Source: Acidobacteriota bacterium
GTDB lineage: Bacteria > Acidobacteriota > Terriglobia > UBA7540
DNA length: 64,000 bases
Direction of reading: 5' to 3'
NCBI GenBank assembly: GCA_021787735.1
Contig: JAJYLL010000003.1
Coordinates: 22,699-86,698 of the forward strand
Shown: positions 19,042-27,692 of the stretch, piece after piece
How the letters are laid out: each line of letters opens with the position of its first letter
How positions within the stretch are numbered: the first letter of the stretch is position 1
The notes under the pieces: model-generated
Seen by the model: only the letters and a program-made list of their open reading frames with translations
The model's database searches: none
What the model was told of the DNA's origin: nothing
Translations under genes and position numbers: made by a program

Positions 19042-21114
19042 CTATTGATACGGCAGCGTTTCCAGCAGCTCCCTTTCCGGTCGTGAGGGACCGCCCGATT
19101 TCGATGTTTCAGAATAATAGAAAAAGGACTGCGCAGCACCCGCCGGCTCGCTTGTGACGGCGTACATCCTGGGCACTGGAATCTTCACGTCCTCAGCGGG
19201 CGGGCTGCCCCCAACAAGCGCAACCAGATATTCCGGCCCGGCCCAGGGCTTGGCAGATGTGGACTCAATTTCCCGCAGCCAGGCATCCAGGCCGGCCGCG
19301 ATGGGCTGGCCTTGGGGGGTTGAACTCAAATTGTCCAGTTCCCCGGGATCATTCGCCCGGTTATAAAGATACTGCTTGCCATGCGTTGTCAGGATGTAGT
19401 GCCACCGGGTGGTGATCAGGCTGATACCGGCCTCGCCCCCGTGAGAAAGGCTTTCACTGAGCTCCGACACCACAGCCGGAGCGGCCTTCTGTGGCGGCTC
19501 CGCCTGCCAATAGCGCGCCAGGCTGTAGGCGTGCATGGGGACGCGATTGCCCAGCGCCAGGTCGATGACGGTGGAAAACAATTTGCGGTTCGGCACCGGC
19601 GCTGTAATTCTTTTTCCTGCCGGGATGCCGGCCCCGTAGACGATCAGCGGCACGTGGATCTCTTCCCAATGCAGATCGTTGCCGTGCTGGTAAGCACCGT
19701 GCTCACCGAAAGCCTCACCGTGGTCGGCGGTTATCACAAAAATCGTGTTCTTCCCCCCGGGTGATGACTCGATTTTCCGCACCAGCCGGCCGATCTGTGC
19801 GTCAAGATAAGCGAGGCTATTGTCGTAGCCGTCGATAAGCGCCTGGCGGTCGGCGGCAGGCAGCGGCTGATTCGGACGGAACCCTCCCTCCGCGCCCCAG
19901 CGGCGCACAACGTTTTCCGGAAGCGTTCCGAACCGATGGTTGTAAGGAGCGGGCGGCAGGTAAGGGCTGTGCGCGTCAAAATAGTTGATGTAAACGTAGA
20001 ATGGCCCTGCCGGCTTGTGCTGCAGCCAATCGAGCACGGCGGCGTTCAGGTCTGCGGCGTCACGCCGGTAAAACGCATCGTAACGCACCACGCGCTGGTA
20101 AGCAGGCTGCACGACGACGCGGCCCACCAGGGTCCGCGACAGATTGTATGCCAGCGTCGTTCGGTCATCATCGTACTTACCAAAACCGCTTCCCAGCCCC
20201 CAGCCCGATTCGCCGTAGTAGTAGTTGGCATTGAATCCCGCGGTGGCGTAGCCGTAATGGCCCAGCACGCTTTCAATGGTTTTCCATCGCGGGTTAAGCG
20301 GCCGGAAGGCATTGGCTCCGCTCTGGTGCGGAAGCAGTCCGGTATAGATCGCCGAGAGCGACGGCAGCGTCCAGGGCGCCGCGGAAGCTGCGTTCTCAAA
20401 CAGCACGCCCTTTTCAGCCATGCGCGCAAGGTTGGGCGTTGTGTCCCGCCCGTACCCGTAGCCCGAAAGGTGATCGGCCCGCACGGTGTCCATGGTGATC
20501 AGAACAATGTTGGGCCGCTGCTCCAACGCGGCTCCATGGGCAAACACGCGCGCGACGCCCAAGCTTGGCGCCTCTGCGTAGAAAGCGACTCCCGCTGCCA
20601 GCAGGACAAATATCGCGGCGATCGCTTTGCCCAGCGCGCGGAGTGGCAGGCGGGCGGGCGCATCCCACCTGGCCCGGATCCATTTGCGTCCCAGGAAGGC
20701 AAGCACCAACGCCACGGCAAACACGACCGCAAACCGCTCCAGCGGAAACAGAACGTCCTTCAGGCGGCCGTAGACGCTGAAGTTGACCGCATGGGTGTGC
20801 ACAAAGTGTTTGGCCCATGCCACGTGCGCGCCGACGCAACCGGCCAGCACAGCCGCCAGGACCATTCCTCGCCGGGCAGTGGCATTCTTCCCCGCGCCAG
20901 CTATCAATCCCAGCACCGCACCAATCGCTCCAAACAAGAGCATGTCAACCAGCGGAGCCAGAAACCAGATGACGTACGTGGAATCGACAACCAGAAACTG
21001 CGAGACGGATGGAACAAAATAGAGCAGGCGCGCTTCCCACACGCCCACCGCAAGGCCTGTCAATGCACCCAGAATAAAAAAGCGGAAAAAGAGCAGCCTT
21101 CGCAAACGTGGCAA
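19042..21114 (-). CDS. membrane-anchored sulfatase-fold (alkaline phosphatase superfamily) protein; canonical CxPxR site absent
   Basis: About 190 aa of polytopic membrane segments, then NIVLITMDTVRADHLSGYGY and ITADHGE. The nucleophile position reads AAPWTLPSLSAIYTG, so Thr replaces Cys/Ser and there is no Arg. TTG start. Confidence 0.8.
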   Translation of the reverse strand: MPRLRRLLFFRFFILGALTGLAVGVWEARLLYFVPSVSQFLVVDSTYVIWFLAPLVDMLLFGAIGAVLGLIAGAGKNATARRGMVLAAVLAGCVGAHVAWAKHFVHTHAVNFSVYGRLKDVLFPLERFAVVFAVALVLAFLGRKWIRARWDAPARLPLRALGKAIAAIFVLLAAGVAFYAEAPSLGVARVFAHGAALEQRPNIVLITMDTVRADHLSGYGYGRDTTPNLARMAEKGVLFENAASAAPWTLPSLSAIYTGLLPHQSGANAFRPLNPRWKTIESVLGHYGYATAGFNANYYYGESGWGLGSGFGKYDDDRTTLAYNLSRTLVGRVVVQPAYQRVVRYDAFYRRDAADLNAAVLDWLQHKPAGPFYVYINYFDAHSPYLPPAPYNHRFGTLPENVVRRWGAEGGFRPNQPLPAADRQALIDGYDNSLAYLDAQIGRLVRKIESSPGGKNTIFVITADHGEAFGEHGAYQHGNDLHWEEIHVPLIVYGAGIPAGKRITAPVPNRKLFSTVIDLALGNRVPMHAYSLARYWQAEPPQKAAPAVVSELSESLSHGGEAGISLITTRWHYILTTHGKQYLYNRANDPGELDNLSSTPQGQPIAAGLDAWLREIESTSAKPWAGPEYLVALVGGSPPAEDVKIPVPRMYAVTSEPAGAAQSFFYYSETSKSGGPSRPERELLETLPYQ

Positions 21115-21269
21115 GCAAAACTCCCCCCCAACCTGATTGGATAAAACTGCTTAACCACGGTTAGACGCAAATCGGGGCCCCGTGCACACACATCTGAAGG
21201 CGATTTGACAGGGAATTTACAATGGGGCCGGTTATTAAAGCTGAGGGCTGAAGGCCGACGGGCAATCGC

Positions 21270-22082
21270 TTAGTTGAGGTCGCGTGAAAACATCAGCTTG
21301 AAGGTCAATTTGTCGGCCCCGCCCGTTACGCCAACGCCCACGCCCGCTTCGATGTCCACAATCTTGCTGTAGTGGTCCATCACCGCCCAGATCTCGTGGA
21401 ACTGATTGTTCGTGGCGTAAAAGCCGCGAAGAGGGCCGTCATCGGAGTACTCCTCGCCTGCGGCAGCCCATCGGTGATTGAAATTGTAGGCGATGCGCCC
21501 CGCAGGAACGAACTCCAAACCTCCAAGCCCGCCGGTGTAATCCGTATCAAAAATCGGATTGTAAATCAGGTCCCATTTGTGTAAGTGCACGCCCATAATT
21601 CCACGCACTTCAGAGGAGACGGTGTGCGACTCCCAATACGAGTAGTTGACACTAAACTCAAAGTTGATCCCGTAGAAGTACTTGTGCTGGTCCGCGTGCG
21701 GCCTCACGAACAGTTCGCGGATCTTAAAGCCGTCAATCGACCCGCCGCGGCCCTTCGAGTAGGCCGTAAATATGGGCAGATAGAGGCCCTGCTCGAACCA
21801 CGGCCTCACACCATAGGCCCATTCCACTCCGCCGTTAACCGAATTGTCGGGAATGATTCCTCCGGGGAAAGCAGGGTTCTTTCGCCCGATCGGCGTATAG
21901 TTGCTGTGCAACGTCACATTGTAAATCCCTTGTGGCGCAATCGAAGCGTCGTAGACCTGAATTTCGTCAGTCTGTGCCTGCAACGCAAGCGGCGCCACGA
22001 TCAACAGAACGGCAATCGCCGCGAACGCACGCGCGAACAGTTTGAAAAATTGTCTTTGCCGGTGCCCCATAAATGAATACAC
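21270..22082 (-). CDS. outer-membrane beta-barrel transporter-like protein (MetA-pathway/phenol-degradation-like family)
   Basis: Signal peptide ending ALQAQ, then TDEIQVYDASI. Alternating amphipathic strands and a terminal aromatic-rich pattern ending LMFSRDLN. The family call is by resemblance only. Confidence 0.6.
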   Translation of the reverse strand: MYSFMGHRQRQFFKLFARAFAAIAVLLIVAPLALQAQTDEIQVYDASIAPQGIYNVTLHSNYTPIGRKNPAFPGGIIPDNSVNGGVEWAYGVRPWFEQGLYLPIFTAYSKGRGGSIDGFKIRELFVRPHADQHKYFYGINFEFSVNYSYWESHTVSSEVRGIMGVHLHKWDLIYNPIFDTDYTGGLGGLEFVPAGRIAYNFNHRWAAAGEEYSDDGPLRGFYATNNQFHEIWAVMDHYSKIVDIEAGVGVGVTGGADKLTFKLMFSRDLN

Positions 22083-22207
22083 GAGTATATCCTATTTCGC
22101 ACGTTCACCTGAAATTTCGACGCGCTCGCAAGGCAAGACAGGATTTGCACTTTATTAAACTGGGCTGGCGCAGACCCCAATCATGGGGTCTGCGATTCTT
22201 GTGGCTG

Positions 22208-23926
22208 TTACTGTTCTTCCGCCCCAAAATACGGTGCGGGTTCGGGGATGGCGGCGCCGTCTTTGCGGGGAGACGACGCGCCATAATTGACACCGGTCAC
22301 GGAATTGTGCAGGACGGCCTGGCCACCGCCCATCGCAGAAGAGTAGGCGCCGCGCATGATGAGCACGTGCCCTTTCTGTTCCAGGCCCTGATAGATGAAC
22401 GGGGGGAAGCGGTCTTCGATCATAAAATCGCAGCCGCCCCAATCCAGCTTGGTAAATCGCGGAGCTTCCAGCGCCGCCTGGATGTTCATGCCGTAGTCCA
22501 CAATGTCCGACACAAACTGCGCGTGCGCCTGCGGCTGGTTGTATCCGCCCATGATGCCGAAGCCGATGTGGATGTCGCCCTTTTCCATGAAGGCGGGAAT
22601 GATGGTGTGGTAGGGGCGCTTGTGCGGCTCGAGTTCGTCGGGGTGCCCCGCCTGCAGCACGAACATGCCGCCGCGGTTCTGCAGCAGGATGCCGTAATTG
22701 TCGGTCACCACGCCGGAACCGAAGCCCGCCGAGAGGCTCTGGATCAGTGAGACGATATTGCCATCCTTGTCCACCACGGAAAGATAAATCGTGTCATTTG
22801 ATGCGTGTGGAGGGTTGCCCGGCGGCTGGTCGCAGTGCGTATGGTTCATGTCAATCAACGCAGCGCGCTGGGCGGCGTATTCCTTGGAGATCAGGCCCTC
22901 CGTCGGGATCTTGGAAAACTTGGGGTCGCCCACGTAGCGCCGCAGATCGGCATAAGCCAACCGCTGAGCCTCCATCTTGACGTGCAGCCCGTCCACGCTG
23001 AAGAATCCCCATTCCGGCAGCGGGTACCGCTCCATAATGTTCAGCATCTCCAGCGCCGCCAGGCCCTGCCCATTCGGCGGCAGCTCGTAGACTTTCCAGC
23101 CGCGATAGGTGGTTGAAATCGGATCGACCCATTGTGCCTGGTACTGGCTGAGGTCTGAGAGCGACATCACACCGCCCAACTCGTCAACGGACTTCACAAT
23201 ATCCTGCGCAATGGGGCCGCGGTAAAAGGCATCCTCGCCATCCTTGGCGATCAACTCCAGGGCGCGCGCGTATTCAGGGTTGGTAAAAACCTGTCCCACC
23301 TTCGGCGGCTGTCCGCCGGGCAGGTAAATGCGCCGCGCGTTGTCGTTCTTTTCCAGCAGCGACTGCCCGTGCCGCCAGTAAGCGTCAATAAACTCGGTGA
23401 CGGGATATCCATGCTGCGCGAAATAGATCGCCGGCTCAAAGAGTTCCGCCCACGGCAGGTGCCCGTACTTCGCGTACATCTTGGCCCAGCCGTCCACGCA
23501 GCCCGGCACCGTGATGCTGAAGACGCCGCTCTGCGGCATGTGCGTGTAGCCTTTTTGCTTCAGGAAATCGACCGTCAGCTTTTCCGGCGCCCAGCCGCTG
23601 GCGTTCATTCCGGCCAGCTTGCCGGTCTTGGCGTCATAGCGGATGGCGAACAGGTCGCCACCGATGCCGCTGTTCATCGGCTCAACCACGCCCATTGCCG
23701 CGTCAGCAGCAATCGCCGCGTCAACCGCCGAGCCGCCGCGCGCCAGGATCTGCGCGCCGGCCTGGGCAGCCAGCGTCTGGCTGGTGGCAACAATGCCCAG
23801 CTGCGTGATCGTCATCGATCGCGCCTGGCTGCGGTCCAGGTGGCTGGTGTAATTCTGTGCATAAGTTGGCATGGCGATTACGATTATCGCCATTAAAGTG
23901 AATTGAAGCAATGTCAGTTTTCGCAT
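22208..23926 (-). CDS. ggt: gamma-glutamyltransferase
   Basis: Signal peptide. GGSAVDAAIA, GIGGD.F, autoprocessing site NDTIYLSVVDKDGN, and GGYNQPQ. Confidence 0.93.
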   Translation of the reverse strand: MRKLTLLQFTLMAIIVIAMPTYAQNYTSHLDRSQARSMTITQLGIVATSQTLAAQAGAQILARGGSAVDAAIAADAAMGVVEPMNSGIGGDLFAIRYDAKTGKLAGMNASGWAPEKLTVDFLKQKGYTHMPQSGVFSITVPGCVDGWAKMYAKYGHLPWAELFEPAIYFAQHGYPVTEFIDAYWRHGQSLLEKNDNARRIYLPGGQPPKVGQVFTNPEYARALELIAKDGEDAFYRGPIAQDIVKSVDELGGVMSLSDLSQYQAQWVDPISTTYRGWKVYELPPNGQGLAALEMLNIMERYPLPEWGFFSVDGLHVKMEAQRLAYADLRRYVGDPKFSKIPTEGLISKEYAAQRAALIDMNHTHCDQPPGNPPHASNDTIYLSVVDKDGNIVSLIQSLSAGFGSGVVTDNYGILLQNRGGMFVLQAGHPDELEPHKRPYHTIIPAFMEKGDIHIGFGIMGGYNQPQAHAQFVSDIVDYGMNIQAALEAPRFTKLDWGGCDFMIEDRFPPFIYQGLEQKGHVLIMRGAYSSAMGGGQAVLHNSVTGVNYGASSPRKDGAAIPEPAPYFGAEEQ

Positions 23927-24025
23927 GATAGCCCCGTCAATCCGTGAGATTTAAGAAAATGGAAGAGTACCACTTTGAAGGATGAAGTGGGAAGGATGAA
24001 GTTCGAAAACACCTGTGACGAGTGG

Positions 24026-24060
24026 GAATTACGAATTACAAGTTACAAATTACGTACTAC
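24026..24060. repeat. five tandem heptads (GAATTAC GAATTAC AAGTTAC AAATTAC GTACTAC)
   Basis: Read directly in the AT-rich ggt/M23 divergent spacer. The same spacer has GAAGGATGAAGT twice (23977-23988, 23991-24002). Confidence 0.7.
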
Positions 24061-24241
24061 CTGTTCTGAATTTTACGTCATGGTCTATGAAGGCTGATCG
24101 TTTACATCTGAAGGCCGACTGCTAATGAAGTCCCGGAAGGGGGGGCGGAAGATTTTAGCCCATGGCGTGAGCCATGGGAAAAGGGCCCACCATCCCACGC
24201 CAAAGCCCCGAAGGGGCGAAAGAAAGTTTTCGTTCTGACGA

Positions 24242-25180
24242 GTGCAGGGTTCGACAGTAGCCAACCAACGCGTGTCGAAATACCGAGTCACGAACCCCAG
24301 CACCTACACCAACACCAGCGCGGATGGGACCTACATCTACACCTCCGTGACGGTTGACGGATATACGAGCGGGACGTGCCCGACTCAGCCCGCCTACCTT
24401 GCCAACGAATGCCACAGCACCACGCACACGCCCAAGCTGTACAATGTGATTGGGGGAACCGGTGGTTGGGTGACTGGAGGGGCCGCGTACTGGAGCAGCT
24501 ACCTTTCGGACACGAACAGCCAGCAGATCGCCGTGACGCCTGGCAACGAGTACACCTTCTCATGGGATTGCGAGGTAATATGTAGCTTCGTTGGCGGAGC
24601 GATCTACTCGCAGGGAGGAAGCGGCAACGAGTTCGCACAGACGCCGATCCAACACACTTACACCGTCAACCCACTTGGCTCGATTCCCTGCTGGATATCA
24701 AACTTCTTCGACTGGTTGCAGGGCGGTAAGCCGCATGAGGCGGAGGACGTTGACGAGAACGGATGCGGGAATGGCTGCATGCCGGAAAAGGGCACGGTCC
24801 TGCCATACGGAACTCCTGTGTATGCGATGGAGGCTGGAACGGTTGTTAACGAGCACTCCGACCGGGGGCCGGCATCCTCGCCTTACCCGCAATGTGTCGG
24901 AGCTCCGGGCAACGACGTCGTCATCAAGGGGTCGGACGGATACCTGACAATCTACTACCACGTGACTCCTTATCTCGCGATTGGAGCTCCCGTCCTCCAA
25001 GGGCAGGAGATAGGCGTGACGGACAATTCGGGCTGCCAATCGGCGGGCCACGTCCACATCCAGCGAGACGATCCAAATGGCAAGCCAGTGAATTTCGACA
25101 TTACTCAATGTATTGACGACCAACCGATATCTGGCTTTTCTGATGGCGTCATCGGTTGCGGCGACGCTGGAAGCCCATGA
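24242..25180 (+). CDS. M23 (LytM-type) metallopeptidase-domain protein; Cys-rich; no signal peptide; unrecognised N-terminal half
   Basis: C-terminal half fits M23: GTPVYAMEAGTVV....GNDVVIKGSDGYLTIYYHV.....G..V.QGQEIGVTDNSG.QSAGHVHIQ. Candidate HxxxD is HEAED at 24734-24748. GTG is the only start after an in-frame TGA at 24236. There are 12 Cys. Confidence 0.7.
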   Translation: MQGSTVANQRVSKYRVTNPSTYTNTSADGTYIYTSVTVDGYTSGTCPTQPAYLANECHSTTHTPKLYNVIGGTGGWVTGGAAYWSSYLSDTNSQQIAVTPGNEYTFSWDCEVICSFVGGAIYSQGGSGNEFAQTPIQHTYTVNPLGSIPCWISNFFDWLQGGKPHEAEDVDENGCGNGCMPEKGTVLPYGTPVYAMEAGTVVNEHSDRGPASSPYPQCVGAPGNDVVIKGSDGYLTIYYHVTPYLAIGAPVLQGQEIGVTDNSGCQSAGHVHIQRDDPNGKPVNFDITQCIDDQPISGFSDGVIGCGDAGSP

Positions 25181-26280
25181 GGCAGGACTTGAGCAGCGAC
25201 CAAACTCCTTGCAGCGACAAAGTTCCGGGTCGAGGTTTCTTCATCCGTGGGTGCATGTTTCTCGCGGTTGCTGTAGTGCTCGGGCTCGCGTCGGCCTGCT
25301 CTCCTGCCCGGAAGCCTAGCATTGTTGCCCTTTCACACCGGGTCTTCAGAGTGAGTTCTTCGGGTCGGATTCGCCCGTTTCCCTACACCTTTCCACGTGC
25401 ATCTGAGTCAAGCGTTCAGGGCTCGACGGAGCCCCTGCCCTCGCCTGATGGGCGCTGGATCGCATTCGGCGACCCAACCGGAGACTACGACGCCCACCTA
25501 CTCGACGTAACCACCCTCCGCCAGCACCGAATAACTTGGTTCGGCCGAGCGCCTCGTAAGGGCTATACGTACGCGGTAGTACAGATCGCCGGATGGTCGC
25601 CGGATAGCCGCCAACTTCTGCTCGCGGTGGTTCCCGGATACTTCATGCCATCTGAGCAGGGCGACCGGCACCCCCAGGCGTCGTACGGCACTTACATCTA
25701 CAACGTTGAGAACGGAACGATTCGCCGACTTCCGGTGCCTGCCGCCGGATTAGATCTTGTCGGTTGGGCGCCCGACGGGCGGATTTTCGCCAATGTCTTC
25801 GCCCGCCCTATTTGGCAGGACGGGCGCTTCATGGTTCTTGGCCCAAACGGTGACGACGGGAAGCAGGTCGGCGTGCCCCTGGTTCAACCGCGCTTGAGCC
25901 TCGATGGAAGGTGGCTAGTAGGCTTCGTCCGGGGCGCTGGTCCGGGTGCGGCCCGGATCGTCAAGGTCGACTCGGCGACGATGGCAACGACGCCGCTGGT
26001 AACGCTTGATTCGTGGCCATTAAACTCGTGCGCCACCCTTTCCCCCGACGACAGAATGGTCGCGTACAAGCTTGAGAAACCCCACAAGGGCCTCTATTAC
26101 AGCGCGAAAGAGGACCTTTTCGTGGGCGACCGGAAAATTTATGCGTGCGCCGGAAGGATCGACTATGTGTGGGTGGACAACCGGGAAATTGCCTTGACGT
26201 GCCAGAGCGAAGCGTTAGTGGTCGATTCGAGTAGTGGAAAGATTGTCAGCCTCCTCAAACCGAGCCACAATCCCAGGTAG
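25177..26280 (+). CDS. PD40/TolB-like beta-propeller protein, paralog 1 (signal-anchor or lipoprotein-like N-terminus)
   Basis: ATG 25177 overlaps the M23 stop as ATGA. Hydrophobic segment MFLAVAVVLGLASAC, then PD40-type repeats (LPSPDGRWIAFGD, WSPDSRQLLL, LSLDGRWLVG, LSPDDRMVAYK). Alternative starts at 25156 and 25255. Confidence 0.7.
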   Translation: MRQDLSSDQTPCSDKVPGRGFFIRGCMFLAVAVVLGLASACSPARKPSIVALSHRVFRVSSSGRIRPFPYTFPRASESSVQGSTEPLPSPDGRWIAFGDPTGDYDAHLLDVTTLRQHRITWFGRAPRKGYTYAVVQIAGWSPDSRQLLLAVVPGYFMPSEQGDRHPQASYGTYIYNVENGTIRRLPVPAAGLDLVGWAPDGRIFANVFARPIWQDGRFMVLGPNGDDGKQVGVPLVQPRLSLDGRWLVGFVRGAGPGAARIVKVDSATMATTPLVTLDSWPLNSCATLSPDDRMVAYKLEKPHKGLYYSAKEDLFVGDRKIYACAGRIDYVWVDNREIALTCQSEALVVDSSSGKIVSLLKPSHNPR

Positions 26281-26423
26281 CTCCCGCGGGTTCTATAAAA
26301 CGGGATGTCAAGTAAAAACCCTTCAGCCCCTTCCGGGGGATGAGAGTGCGGGGGTATTTTAGCCGGAGCGTCGGCCCTTGCTCCCTGGTGCGTCGCAGGT
26401 GCAGGGCAAGGGGGAATTCCCGC

Positions 26424-27476
26424 GTGGATAAGAAGCTCGCAGTCGGAACCCTGCTCGCGATCGGGTTGCTTCTGCCCGGACCGCCCAAGGCTGTGCCACA
26501 ACTTGTTGTTCTTGCGAGGCGGGTGTGGGAGGTTAGTCCCCGGGGTAGTATTGCCCCGTTTCCCCTCTTGTATCCCCCAGGCTACGACAGCGAAGTGCAA
26601 GGTGCGACCGTCCCCCTGCCTTCGCCGGACGGGCGGTGGATTGCCTTCGGCGACTTCGGTGACGACTATGATATACATCTGCTCGATGTTGGGTTGGACC
26701 GAGAACGGCGGATAACCAGGTTCGGCCGGCCGCCGGGAAGGGGGCATACATGGGTCGCTGCCCTGATCGACGGCTGGTCGGCCGATAGCCGGATGCTTCT
26801 TGTCTACGTAACTCACGGCGAAACAATCGCTGAGGAGGGCATGGGAGCCGTTCCCAAGGCCCCATACGGATTCTACGTCTACGATCCCGCGACCAGCACG
26901 ACGAAGCCGCTTACGTTGCCGAAGGAATTCGAGTTCATTGCTTGGCTTCGAGATGGGCGATTCGTTGGTGTCCTCCCTGGGCGACTTCCGCGCGACGACA
27001 AGCTGGTTATACTCCGACCAGGCGAGGCGCGGGAAACCCGTATCAGAGGGGTATTCAGTTCCAGCGCGCAGGTGAGTACCGACGGCAAATGGCTTGTGGG
27101 GCTACACACCGAGAATGGCCGGATACCCGGAAAAGGGACGGCGCAGATCGTCAAAGTCAACTTGGCAACTATGGCGGTTACGCCGCTGGTAAATCTGACT
27201 TCGTGGTCAGGAAACGAGCGGCCTGCCCTCTCACCTGACGACAAGCACGTCGCGTACAAACGCGAGAAGCAGAAGCATCCACTGTACTACACCCCGCAGG
27301 AGAGCCTCTTCGTGGACGGACGTCTAATCTATTCCTGTCCCGGACCGATTGATTTCAAGTGGGTGAATGACCGAATGATCGCCGTCGCCTGCCAAGAGTC
27401 GGTGCTGGTTCTCAACTCGGCCACCGGAAAGATCCTGAGCCGGCACCAGCTCACGCCTGGCGGCACAAGTCGTTGA
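26424..27476 (+). CDS. PD40/TolB-like beta-propeller protein, paralog 2
   Basis: Collinear with paralog 1 (VQGATVPLPSPDGRWIAFGD, IVKVNLATMAVTPLV, LSPDDKHVAYK). GTG 26424 preceded by AAGGGGGA, with signal-anchor LAVGTLLAIGLLL. The track start 26340 would add an Arg/Cys-rich, non-protein-like leader. Confidence 0.7.
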   Translation: MDKKLAVGTLLAIGLLLPGPPKAVPQLVVLARRVWEVSPRGSIAPFPLLYPPGYDSEVQGATVPLPSPDGRWIAFGDFGDDYDIHLLDVGLDRERRITRFGRPPGRGHTWVAALIDGWSADSRMLLVYVTHGETIAEEGMGAVPKAPYGFYVYDPATSTTKPLTLPKEFEFIAWLRDGRFVGVLPGRLPRDDKLVILRPGEARETRIRGVFSSSAQVSTDGKWLVGLHTENGRIPGKGTAQIVKVNLATMAVTPLVNLTSWSGNERPALSPDDKHVAYKREKQKHPLYYTPQESLFVDGRLIYSCPGPIDFKWVNDRMIAVACQESVLVLNSATGKILSRHQLTPGGTSR

Positions 27477-27692
27477 GGCGGGCGGCACGGGCTGGGCGGG
27501 TGACGCGTCGATTAAGGGCGCGGCGGAGCGCCCGCAGTGGGATTCCAGATTGAAGATTGCAGAATGCGAAAGCCCCGTGTGAGATCGCAGGGACCACATA
27601 TCTAGCCTCTAAACAATGCGCCCCCATTCTACATTGACCTGCCGCCAAATTGAAAGAGCAACCCGTCGCCCCTACCGCGCATCTGGGCGTAG

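Noticed and set aside
24125-24238. Read-through or selenocysteine at the in-frame TGA 24236 to extend the M23 ORF
   Set aside because: The extension would add a highly basic 37-aa segment with no hydrophobic leader. I saw no SECIS-like hairpin immediately downstream of the TGA.
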